Part shown: in pieces, positions 29,008-36,737 of the stretch
How positions within the stretch are numbered: position 1 is the first letter of the stretch
Layout: every line of letters begins with the position of its first letter
DNA from: a virus
UHGV virus genome: UHGV-0368393
Direction: 5' to 3' (one strand)
DNA: 36,737 bases
Position numbers and translations under genes: made by a program
Notes under the pieces: generated by a model
The model's database searches: none
Seen by the model: the letters and a program-made list of their open reading frames with translations, nothing else
What the model was told of the DNA's origin: nothing

Positions 29008-29193
29008 GTGAAAAGACTGACAGTAAATCAGATCGAGAAATTTATCCAGACTCTGAAATCCGTAGAAAAGATAGACGGTGATTCTGAGGAGCAGAAGCAA
29101 GTCGCAATCTCGTATCTAACGAACTATCGCGTCAGATTGGAAGAGCGCGGAAAGAGATCCGTAAAACTAAAGGAGGACAAGCATGGAAATTAA
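29008..29193 (+). CDS. Hypothetical protein (GTG start)
   Basis: ORF only. Confidence 0.3.
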   Translation: MKRLTVNQIEKFIQTLKSVEKIDGDSEEQKQVAISYLTNYRVRLEERGKRSVKLKEDKHGN

Positions 29194-29368
29194 AGGAACT
29201 TACCATTGCCAGACAACCCACCACCCCAACGCATTGAATAGCTGGGACATCCGGTCAGTATCGGTTGAGTTGCCGGAGCAGGACAAGCCTTACTGGCACA
29301 AGGTCGCGGCATCCGTGATCGGGTTTGCGCTGGTGCTACTGGCGTGGTGGCTAGTGGTTGGGTATTAA
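29183..29368 (+). CDS. Small C-tail-anchored membrane protein
   Basis: AAAGGAGG RBS. C-terminal TM helix VIGFALVLLAWWLVVGY. Confidence 0.45.
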   Translation: MEIKGTYHCQTTHHPNALNSWDIRSVSVELPEQDKPYWHKVAASVIGFALVLLAWWLVVGY

Positions 29369-29451
29369 AAATGAGCACCTACGGAAAGGGTAGATGTAGG
29401 TACTCAGGTAAAAAATCAATTTAATTTTAAGCGAAAAGGAGAGAAATGTAA

Positions 29452-29964
29452 ATGAAAAAATTTGAATTAACCAGCGAATTTGTAACTTTTTTAGGAAAGA
29501 CGCTCTTTAGAATCAAGGCTCTTGTGTCGTTTGGTGATGTAGCAGAGGGAGAATTGGGCGGATTTATAGAAAGGGAGAATAATCTTGACCAGTCCGGTGA
29601 CGCTTGGGTATACGGTGACGCTCAGGTATACGGTGACGCTCAGGTATACGGTAACGCTCAGGTATCCGGTGACGCTCGGGTATACGGTGACGCTCATGTA
29701 TACGGTAACGCTTGGGTATACGGTGACGCTTGGGTTCAAAACTGCCGTGATTATTCTGCTACAAGCTGCTTCGGATCGGAAAATAGGACGACAACATTTT
29801 TCCGCACGAAAGACGGCGGAATCAGCGTGAGATGTGGATGTTTTTACGGAACACTGAGGGAATTTAGAGAAAAGGTGAAAGAACGACACGGAGACAGTCG
29901 ACTGGCAAAGGAATATTTGATGCTGGCAGATTTGATGGAGTTTAGATTGTCTAAGGATGAGTAG
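29452..29964 (+). CDS. Hexapeptide-repeat (left-handed beta-helix-like) protein
   Basis: Seven tandem [AW/Q]VYG[DN]A hexapeptides encoded by 18-bp tandem DNA repeats (29602-29745). Cys-rich C-terminal region. Confidence 0.55.
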   Translation: MKKFELTSEFVTFLGKTLFRIKALVSFGDVAEGELGGFIERENNLDQSGDAWVYGDAQVYGDAQVYGNAQVSGDARVYGDAHVYGNAWVYGDAWVQNCRDYSATSCFGSENRTTTFFRTKDGGISVRCGCFYGTLREFREKVKERHGDSRLAKEYLMLADLMEFRLSKDE

Positions 29965-29975
29965 GAGGATAAGCA

Positions 29976-30242
29976 ATGGATAGAAAGAAAATACATGAAC
30001 TTTTAGACTTAATTCTTGAGATTCAAGAGCGCGGAGAAGGTAAGGATGGGTATCCGTACGTAAACATTGAATTTTCGAACTACGGTAGCAGAATAGTTCT
30101 CTGGGCGCAAGAAAACGGATTTGTTGCTGATGAAGATTTCGATTTGTTTGACGGTATTGAAACAGATAAGCAACTAGATGATGCAATTATTTTAGTTGGG
30201 GTATTGCTGGAAATGGCAGTGGACAAGACGGAGGACGAATGA
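29976..30242 (+). CDS. Hypothetical acidic protein
   Basis: ORF with an RBS. Confidence 0.4.
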   Translation: MDRKKIHELLDLILEIQERGEGKDGYPYVNIEFSNYGSRIVLWAQENGFVADEDFDLFDGIETDKQLDDAIILVGVLLEMAVDKTEDE

Positions 30243-30454
30243 TGTATGTAGGTATCGGACCAGAGAAAGGAAAGAAAGTGCATGACGAAGATGCCTTTTC
30301 TTACGCCTGCGAACGAATAAACAATGGTACGGAAAGAGAACAGGAAACATTTATGCAGATCATGAAAGAAGCTGAGAGTTTTTACATGGCGGTGGTCACA
30401 GTTGTGCTGTGGTATTTTTCCGGAAATTGGGTGTACGAGGAGGTGGCTCTATGA
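30239..30454 (+). CDS. Hypothetical protein
   Basis: ORF with an ATGA overlap to the upstream gene. Confidence 0.35.
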   Translation: MMYVGIGPEKGKKVHDEDAFSYACERINNGTEREQETFMQIMKEAESFYMAVVTVVLWYFSGNWVYEEVAL

Positions 30455-30612
30455 TTACGATGCAGCAGCGCAAGGAGAGAATTGAAGATCTATTGGATGA
30501 GCGTCTCGGGATGATTGAGAATGGGGAGGTGAATACATATTACCAGACAAGGGATATAGCAAATCTGACGCAGGCACTTTTAAATATTACAAGGATCATG
30601 AAGGAGGAATGA
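30451..30612 (+). CDS. Hypothetical protein
   Basis: GGAGGTGG RBS precedes the ATG at 30451. Confidence 0.35.
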   Translation: MITMQQRKERIEDLLDERLGMIENGEVNTYYQTRDIANLTQALLNITRIMKEE

Positions 30613-31340
30613 ATATGAATATATATCAAAAAATGAGTGCAATTACAGCAGAAATCACAGCTGTTGCGAAAAATCTGAATGTAGGTTGGGGGCAAAATTC
30701 TTACAAGGCCGTAGGCGAAGCAGATGTTCTGGCCGCTGTAAAACCAATCGAAGAAAAACACGGTGTTTACAGTTATCCTGTCAACCGACATATTATGGAC
30801 ACATCCGTTTTAACTTCAGTCAATTCAAAGGGCAACGAAGTTAGACAGTTATTTATGAGAATCGAAACTACATATAGATTCGTTAATGCTGAAATGCCAG
30901 AAGAGTACATTGACATCAAAACGTATGGTGATGGAGTAGATTCACAGGATAAGGCACCGGGGAAAGCGATGACATATGCGGATAAATACGCATTGTTGAA
31001 AGCTTATAAGATTATCACTGGTGATGATCCAGATCAGGAATGCAGCAAAGAACTGAAAGGAAAAGCAGCCAAACCTGCAAAATCATGTAAATCAGAAGCG
31101 ACAGTAAGGCAATTAGAATCAAAAGAGTCCGGCGAGCAGTCAAAAAACACGAGTAATGAGCTATTAAGCAGCGCAGAACGCTCTGCTATTGAGAGTCGAT
31201 GTAAGGAAGATGGGGTTGATGCAGATAAGTTATTATCTTTGTACAGCCTTAGCTCATTCGAAGGAATGAAATATAAACATTACGATAATATTTTGAAAAA
31301 CTGGGAAAAAGTAAAAGAAAAATGCGGAGGTGCAAAATAA
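30609..31340 (+). CDS. ERF-family single-strand annealing recombinase
   Basis: N-terminal IYQKM..I..EI..VAK...YKAV.E.DVL.AVKP...HG pattern of the ERF superfamily, plus a low-complexity C-terminus. The likely start is the second ATG at 30615. Confidence 0.55.
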   Translation: MNMNIYQKMSAITAEITAVAKNLNVGWGQNSYKAVGEADVLAAVKPIEEKHGVYSYPVNRHIMDTSVLTSVNSKGNEVRQLFMRIETTYRFVNAEMPEEYIDIKTYGDGVDSQDKAPGKAMTYADKYALLKAYKIITGDDPDQECSKELKGKAAKPAKSCKSEATVRQLESKESGEQSKNTSNELLSSAERSAIESRCKEDGVDADKLLSLYSLSSFEGMKYKHYDNILKNWEKVKEKCGGAK

Positions 31341-31753
31341 TGAACAGCGTAAATTTAACAGGTAGATTAACCAGAGATCCAGAAATCAGATATACAGATG
31401 CAGGGCTTTCGATTGCAAGATTTTCCATTGCTGTAGACAGGAGATTTTATAAGGACGGTGAGCAATCAGCGGATTTTATAAACATCGTATCATTCGGAAA
31501 AACAGCAGAATTCATTGAAAAGTGGTTTAAGAAAGGGACGAAAATTGAAGTATCCGGAAGAATTCAGACAGGATCATATGCAAACAATGACGGGGTAAAG
31601 GTTTATACAACAGACGTTGTTGCGGAGCAAGTCGGTTTCGCAGAGAGTAAGAACTCGCAAAATTCAGGAGCTAACAGAGTATCAGAATCACATGATGATG
31701 GGTTCGTAAATATTCCGGACGGAGTAATCGACGAAGAAATGCCGTTTAATTAG
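31340..31753 (+). CDS. ssb: Single-stranded DNA-binding protein
   Basis: OB-fold SSB N-terminus (NSVNLTGRLTRDPEIRYT...ARFSIAV) and an acidic C-terminal tail ending DEEMPFN. GGAGGTG RBS. Confidence 0.85.
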   Translation: MNSVNLTGRLTRDPEIRYTDAGLSIARFSIAVDRRFYKDGEQSADFINIVSFGKTAEFIEKWFKKGTKIEVSGRIQTGSYANNDGVKVYTTDVVAEQVGFAESKNSQNSGANRVSESHDDGFVNIPDGVIDEEMPFN

Positions 31754-31755
31754 GA

Positions 31756-32268
31756 GTGATTTTATTGGTTATACAAATAGACAGTAGGGAAAAATCGAGA
31801 GCGATTAAAAAAATCATAAAAACATTTGATGAGAAAGGCGTGAAGCATCCAGTATCTAAGTTAATGGTCGGAGATTATATGAACTATGACAACCCACGTC
31901 TTGTCGTTGACAGAAAACAGAATTTAACAGAGGTGTGCTGCAATGTTTGTCAAGACCACGAAAGATTCAGAAGAGAACTGGTGAAAGCAAATGAAAATGG
32001 AATTAAAATCATATTTCTTGTTGAGCACGGAAAAGATATTGAAACTTTGGAAGATGTTATCTGGTGGGAAAATCCGAGGGGTGCGAAGCGGCAACGGAAC
32101 AAAGAAACAGGGAAATGGGAAACTGTTAAGACGAAAGCAATGACCGGAAGAACTCTGTACAAAGTCCTATGTACCATCCAGAGGAAGTATGAATGCGAAT
32201 TCTTGTTTTGCGAGAAAAACGATACCGGAAAGAAGATTATTGAGTTATTGGACGAAAGACATGAATAA
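31756..32268 (+). CDS. ERCC4/Mus81-type nuclease (Holliday-junction resolvase-like)
   Basis: IDSREK...GDY...VVDRKQ..E motif order is typical of ERCC4-fold nucleases. Likely TTG start at 31765. Confidence 0.45.
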   Translation: MILLVIQIDSREKSRAIKKIIKTFDEKGVKHPVSKLMVGDYMNYDNPRLVVDRKQNLTEVCCNVCQDHERFRRELVKANENGIKIIFLVEHGKDIETLEDVIWWENPRGAKRQRNKETGKWETVKTKAMTGRTLYKVLCTIQRKYECEFLFCEKNDTGKKIIELLDERHE

Positions 32269-32752
32269 AGAAGAGATTAAACATTCACACAGCATGAGAG
32301 AGATTGTGGAAAGATATGGGTTCCATGTAAATCGGGCGGGGTTTATTCACTGCCCGTTCCACAAGGGAGACAAGGGAGCATCATTAAAAATCTACCCAGA
32401 TAGCTTCCATTGTTTCGGATGCGGAACAAATGGAGATATCTTTACATTCGTACAGCTAATTGACCACGTTGATTTCAAAGAAGCGTTCCAGAGTCTTGGT
32501 GGAACTTATGAAAAGCCGACATTCCAGTCGAAATTGGCGATATACAGGAGCCGGAAGAAGGCAGAGCAGAGAAAGCGAGAAGAGGAAAAGCTCCGGAGAA
32601 AAAGGGAGCTGAACAATATTCTGATTGATGTGTACCGCGATTATATGAATAAGTCGGAACCATTCAGTGACGTCTGGTGCGATTGCTGCAATGCGTTGCA
32701 GTACCAGTTATATTTGCATGAAATATTAAACAGAGAAGAGGTGAGGAAATGA
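32261..32752 (+). CDS. CHC2 zinc-finger protein (DnaG-type primase zinc-binding domain)
   Basis: CPFHKGDKGASLKIY...FHCFGCGTNGDIFTFV is the classic zf-CHC2 motif. Confidence 0.7.
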   Translation: MNKEEIKHSHSMREIVERYGFHVNRAGFIHCPFHKGDKGASLKIYPDSFHCFGCGTNGDIFTFVQLIDHVDFKEAFQSLGGTYEKPTFQSKLAIYRSRKKAEQRKREEEKLRRKRELNNILIDVYRDYMNKSEPFSDVWCDCCNALQYQLYLHEILNREEVRK

Positions 32753-34617
32753 GGGAAATGAACGAATTCGATGCAGACAGCATATTGGATGATGAAGTTT
32801 TCATCGAATTATTTGAAATGGAAGATCCGATTCTCCGGTCAAAAACAAAAGTGCAGCTCATCAGAAGAGCGAAGCAGCTGGGAGTCAAGTCGGATTTTGA
32901 AGAGATTTTGAAAGGATACAATCAGGCTGACCGAGAAATGAAGAGACAGGAACGGGAAAACAGAACTGTTTGCACAGTAGATAACTATACGAATTTCACA
33001 GGACCTCACGATCGTATGTATTGCGGCGCCTGGATTGCGGATGATCGCGGCGTGTTCGCACAGAATTCCGGAAGGGTTGATGAAGTGGCTTGCTATCACC
33101 CAATCCTGCCAGTAGAGCGGCTGCGAAACTTAGAGACCGGGGAAGAGCAAATAAAACTGTCGTACAGGCGAAATAACCAGTGGCACGATATTGTGGTTCC
33201 AAAAACGATGATCACATCGGCGAATAAGATCGTGGCATTATCCGGAAGAGGGATTGCAGTTACGTCAGAAAATGCAAAATTGCTAGTCAAGTATCTGGCT
33301 GACGTAGAAAATGGAAATGATGATTACATAGATGTGCAGTATTCCACTAGTAAACTTGGGTGGATCAAGGATCAGTTTATCCCCTATGATACAGACATCA
33401 TTTTTGACGGGGATAATCGATTTAAGCAGACCTTTGAAAGCGTGTCGGAGCATGGAAGTTTCGATGTGTGGTTGAATCACGTTCGAGAACTGAGGGCAGC
33501 TGGAAGAATGGAGGTAAAATTCTTGTTGGCTGCATCATTCGCAAGTGTGCTGGTTCATATTCTGGGTGGACTCCCTTTCTTCGTGGATCTGTGGGGTGAA
33601 ACCGAGGGTGGAAAGACAGTCTCTCTCATGGTAGCCACATCTGTGTGGGCAAATCCAGACGAAAGCAGATATATTGGAGACTTTAAAACAACGGACGTTG
33701 CACTGGAAGCGAAAGCGGATATGTTGAATCATCTTCCGATGTTTCTGGACGATACGAGCAAAACATCCGCAAGAATCAGGGATAACTTCGAGGGAATTGT
33801 TTATGATCTGTGTTCCGGAAAAGGAAAGAGCCGGTCAAATAAAGACCTCGGAATCAATCGAGAGAATCGGTGGCGGAATGTAATGATCTGTAATGGTGAG
33901 AGACCGCTTAGTAGCTATGTCAGTCAGGGCGGTGCAATCAACAGAATTCTGGAGGTTGAGTGTGGCGAGAAAATCTATCAGGATCCGCAGAAGACAGCGG
34001 AAACGGTAAAACGGAATTACGGTCACGCAGGTAGGAAATTTGTGGAGATCATCAAAGAAATGGGAGAAGATGAAATTCGTTCTATCCAGAAAGAGTTTCA
34101 GAAGGAGTTATTTAACACGGACAAGATGCAGAAGCAGAGTATTTCACTTTCTATCGTTCTGACAGCCGATAAAATAGCCACAGATCTGATTTTTAAGGAT
34201 GGGCAGTATATTTCAATGGACGAAGCGAAACAGGTGCTTATAAACCGAAATGAGCTGTCTGACAATGAGCGATGCTACCAATATATCCTTGATAAAATCG
34301 CAATGAACAGCCAGAGATTTGATGTGTCTTCAAATTGTGAAAAATGGGGAATTATTGAAGACGGATACGCAGTGATTTACGGACAGGCATTTAAGGAAAT
34401 CTGTGAATCTGGGAAATTCTCAAAAAAGTCCTTCTTGTCATGGGCTGCAAAGAAAGGCGTTATCCAGCAGGACAGCAAGGGAAACCCAACAAAGCCGAAA
34501 AAGATAGACGGAAGAGCGGCGAGATGCGTGTTTTTGCAACTTGAATCGAAAGGAAATACGGATAATGATGGGTTTGAAAGCATCGATGAAACACAAGAAA
34601 AGCTACCTTTTAGTTAA
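32749..34617 (+). CDS. DUF927-type replicative helicase/primase C-terminal ATPase
   Basis: Walker A GETEGGKT and Walker B MFLDD within a DUF927-like core. 622 aa. Confidence 0.65.
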   Translation: MREMNEFDADSILDDEVFIELFEMEDPILRSKTKVQLIRRAKQLGVKSDFEEILKGYNQADREMKRQERENRTVCTVDNYTNFTGPHDRMYCGAWIADDRGVFAQNSGRVDEVACYHPILPVERLRNLETGEEQIKLSYRRNNQWHDIVVPKTMITSANKIVALSGRGIAVTSENAKLLVKYLADVENGNDDYIDVQYSTSKLGWIKDQFIPYDTDIIFDGDNRFKQTFESVSEHGSFDVWLNHVRELRAAGRMEVKFLLAASFASVLVHILGGLPFFVDLWGETEGGKTVSLMVATSVWANPDESRYIGDFKTTDVALEAKADMLNHLPMFLDDTSKTSARIRDNFEGIVYDLCSGKGKSRSNKDLGINRENRWRNVMICNGERPLSSYVSQGGAINRILEVECGEKIYQDPQKTAETVKRNYGHAGRKFVEIIKEMGEDEIRSIQKEFQKELFNTDKMQKQSISLSIVLTADKIATDLIFKDGQYISMDEAKQVLINRNELSDNERCYQYILDKIAMNSQRFDVSSNCEKWGIIEDGYAVIYGQAFKEICESGKFSKKSFLSWAAKKGVIQQDSKGNPTKPKKIDGRAARCVFLQLESKGNTDNDGFESIDETQEKLPFS

Positions 34618-34630
34618 GAGGAGGAAATAC

Positions 34631-34807
34631 AATGTCAAAAGTTGTGAGGATTAGTAATGAAAACTATGATTTTATTGAATGCATGGCGTTCAGGAATGGA
34701 GTTCCGATAAATGCAATATTAAATGAGGTGCTGGAAAAATTCAAAAATTCGTCGCCGAATGATGTGATTTCAGTGGAATATCGGGGCAGAAAAGTTGCGA
34801 TAAGGTA
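34631..34807 (+). CDS. 58-aa ribbon-helix-helix-like DNA-binding protein
   Basis: Strong AAGAGGAGG RBS. Predicted beta-strand (KVVRISNENYDFIE) followed by two helices. Its stop overlaps the first GTAACAA iteron. Too short for the track. Confidence 0.4.
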
Positions 34808-35005
34808 ACAAGTAACAAAAGTAACAACAGGAAATCGCGCTATATATACGGAATAAAAATGTGAGAAATTCAAAAATATGAAGTCCCTATATAGGGTAAA
34901 AATCATTGTTACTTTTGTTACCAACCTCAAAAACCTGTCAACCATGCTGGTTTGATAGGGTAACAGACTTTTGTTACCGGAAGAAAAATTTTGTTGCTTT
35001 GTTAC
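34804..35005. repeat. Iteron cluster (about 8 copies of GTAACAA/TTGTTAC in both orientations) flanking a 12-bp palindrome CCCTATATAGGG: candidate replication origin
   Basis: GTAACAA direct copies at 34804, 34811 and 34820. Inverted copies near 34907-34923, 34972 and 34990-35003. Palindrome at 34885-34896 in an AT-rich core. Confidence 0.55.
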
Positions 35006-35019
35006 GAAGAGGGTAGTGT

Positions 35020-35223
35020 ATGCACGAAAAAATAACAGATATCCAGAATTTGTTCTGGAAAGCGTATAAAAATTATAAAGGTACCGGCTCAATGAGTCAA
35101 TACAATGCAGATGTCGATGGGATTATTGAGAAGTACAGGGATGATCATGCTATGTTGAATTTCTGCAAAAACTTGGCAATATCATGGGCGCCGGTTATTA
35201 ACAAAATGAAAGAAGATGATTAA
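35020..35223 (+). CDS. Hypothetical protein
   Basis: ORF with a GAGGGTAG RBS. Confidence 0.4.
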   Translation: MHEKITDIQNLFWKAYKNYKGTGSMSQYNADVDGIIEKYRDDHAMLNFCKNLAISWAPVINKMKEDD

Positions 35224-35559
35224 ATGCAAGAAAGAAAAAGGGACTTATACGAGCCGTATTTGGACGAAATAAGGCAAATGCTTGAAGATGGGTGCGTAAT
35301 TACCCATATACACAAGGAAATTGCGAAAAAGAGCGGAATTGACGCAAATGTTAAGACGATGAAGCGTTTTATGAGAGAAAAAGGCTTAATCCAGGAGTCT
35401 GAATGCGAAAAGACCGAAATCAATAAATTGATAAAGGATAAGTTTAAGGGAATCAGTGAATACATGGATTTCTACGAACGTTGGGTGCGGACCAGTTGCC
35501 GGCTCAACAGGGCGATGTCGAATCCAAACCGGATATTAATGCGGAGGTATTTACAGTAG
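35224..35559 (+). CDS. Hypothetical protein with a possible HTH
   Basis: ORF only. KEIAKKSGIDANVKTMKRFMREKGL HTH-like segment. Confidence 0.35.
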   Translation: MQERKRDLYEPYLDEIRQMLEDGCVITHIHKEIAKKSGIDANVKTMKRFMREKGLIQESECEKTEINKLIKDKFKGISEYMDFYERWVRTSCRLNRAMSNPNRILMRRYLQ

Positions 35560-35714
35560 CTATGAAAAAAAAAGAAAGAGAAACCAAAGAAAAATGAAGT
35601 ACATATCTGCTCTTCCTGCGGACGGGAAATTATCGGAGATTTTGAGTATGTAAAGACAAAGAGAAGGACGGAATTGTATTTTTGTAAAGATATGAGGTGT
35701 AGGAGGAATGACTA

Positions 35715-36104
35715 ATGCCAAAAACAGAAGAAACATGGATGGATGGGATCACTACAGAAATGATGGAGTATATATGCGACGACCTGTGCAGGCATCCAGA
35801 TCATTTAAGTGGTGAAGCACTGGAAGATAAATGCGCAGAATGCAAGATGGGACGGTTTGTGTGCGATATTTTGAACCAGTATGACAAGGTGAATGATTTT
35901 GCAAACAGCCAGTGCGAGAAGTTGATGTGTGAGATGCATGAGCTGAAAGAACGAGATACGGCAAAGAAGCCGAATATAATGGACTACATACTTGGTGACA
36001 TTAACTTTAAATGCCCTACGTGCAAAAGTGAATATATTTGTGAAAAAGGATATGAACATTTTTATTGCCCGAATTGCGGTCAGAAAATTAAATGGAGTGA
36101 GTAA
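35715..36104 (+). CDS. Cys-rich zinc-ribbon protein
   Basis: TAGGAGGA RBS. Multiple CxxC pairs including a C-terminal KCPTCK...YCPNCG ribbon. Confidence 0.5.
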   Translation: MPKTEETWMDGITTEMMEYICDDLCRHPDHLSGEALEDKCAECKMGRFVCDILNQYDKVNDFANSQCEKLMCEMHELKERDTAKKPNIMDYILGDINFKCPTCKSEYICEKGYEHFYCPNCGQKIKWSE

Positions 36105-36105
36105 C

Positions 36106-36327
36106 ATGGAAGAATTAAAGAAATGCCCGTTTTGTGGTGGAGAAGCAAGAATAAAAATGGAAAGAAAAAATAATGTTGGTTGGACTATTTGGTGTGAATG
36201 CAAAAAATGTTATGCAAAAGCAGAAGGATATTGTCCTAGTATGCAAAATGCAGACAACGCACTAAATAGTATTAATACTTGCAAAATAAATGCAATCGAA
36301 GCATGGAATAGGAGATGGAATAAATGA
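36106..36327 (+). CDS. Lar-family restriction alleviation (anti-restriction) protein
   Basis: LKKCPFCGG...WTIWCECKKC...AIEAWNRRW matches the Lar_restr_allev pattern. GGAGTGAG RBS. Confidence 0.6.
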   Translation: MEELKKCPFCGGEARIKMERKNNVGWTIWCECKKCYAKAEGYCPSMQNADNALNSINTCKINAIEAWNRRWNK

Positions 36328-36647
36328 AATACAAAATAGGTCAAATCCTAACATCAAATTGTGATATAGAAGTAGAGAAGATGTTTGGAGAAAAAGTAAT
36401 TATTCCAAAAGGGAATAAAATAATTATTGGAGCTGACGAATTTGCACATCATTTAAAAGATGGAATGATTCAACCTTTACAGAAAGATACTATTGTCGAA
36501 GAATATGATACAGAGGGAATAGCAGAATACTTAATGAAAAAACTGTCTGAAGTATTTCCATTAGAAGAAATGCTTGAAGATTATGGTATTGAAAAAGAAG
36601 AATTTGAAGAAGAAATTGGTTTTTTCTTAGATGATATAGGATTTTAG
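36324..36647 (+). CDS. Acidic hypothetical protein
   Basis: ORF with an ATGA overlap to the upstream gene. Confidence 0.4.
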   Translation: MKYKIGQILTSNCDIEVEKMFGEKVIIPKGNKIIIGADEFAHHLKDGMIQPLQKDTIVEEYDTEGIAEYLMKKLSEVFPLEEMLEDYGIEKEEFEEEIGFFLDDIGF

Positions 36648-36659
36648 GAGAGTGGAATA

Positions 36660-36737
36660 ATGGAGAACGTATTAGAGAAGATTTTGGAAGAGATTGAAGA
36701 TCATGCGATAGAGTTTAAATCATTCGGAATGTGTGAT
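36660..36737 (+). CDS. Hypothetical protein, 3'-truncated by the window edge
   Basis: GGAGAGTGG RBS. The ORF runs off the end of the window. Confidence 0.3.
   Translation, partial: MENVLEKILEEIEDHAIEFKSFGMCD

Noticed and set aside
29491-30186. 231-aa minus-strand ORF
   Set aside because: It is a shadow ORF created by the tandem 18-bp repeats of the hexapeptide-repeat gene. It has low-complexity composition and no RBS.
35596-35714. Cys-rich reading frame (HICSSCGREIIGDFEYVKTKRRTELYFCKDMRCRRND) upstream of the 35715 gene
   Set aside because: There is no in-frame start codon until near its end. Only tiny ATG-initiated peptides are present (11 and 19 aa). It is likely non-coding leader or decayed sequence.

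Overview
The window reads as a near-complete temperate siphovirus (prophage or circularly permuted phage) genome from a low-GC Firmicute (Clostridia/Lachnospiraceae-like). The left and right window edges appear to continue into each other. Order from the left: early genes, including a DUF551 protein and an ArpU-like late activator, then a terminator. Next come a degenerate tRNA-like element and a phage tRNA-Lys(UUU). The packaging and head module follows: terminase small and large subunits, SPP1-like portal, minor capsid protein, scaffold, major capsid and a collagen-like decoration candidate. Then four head-tail joining proteins, the major tail protein, two tail assembly chaperones, a small zinc ribbon, the tape measure, an extended Dit and a 1455-aa collagen-repeat tail fibre. 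The lysis cassette follows (holin, unknown protein, 29-aa peptide, Amidase_3 endolysin). A candidate attP region with terminators and 22-bp direct repeats precedes the minus-strand tyrosine integrase, lipoprotein, ImmA protease and XRE repressor. The immunity promoter/operator region leads on the plus strand to Cro-like and Rha-like antirepressor genes and then an unusual opposite-strand ImmA-like module. After that come an AntA-like antirepressor, small membrane/HTH proteins and a hexapeptide-repeat protein. The replication block is ERF, SSB, an ERCC4-like nuclease, a CHC2 primase zinc finger and a DUF927 helicase, followed by an RHH protein with an iteron-rich candidate origin. The right end carries a Lar-like anti-restriction gene beside a zinc-ribbon partner. 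The most interesting unexplained parts are the opposite-strand ImmA-like/XRE module with its perfect palindrome, the iteron region and the repeat elements around the integrase.
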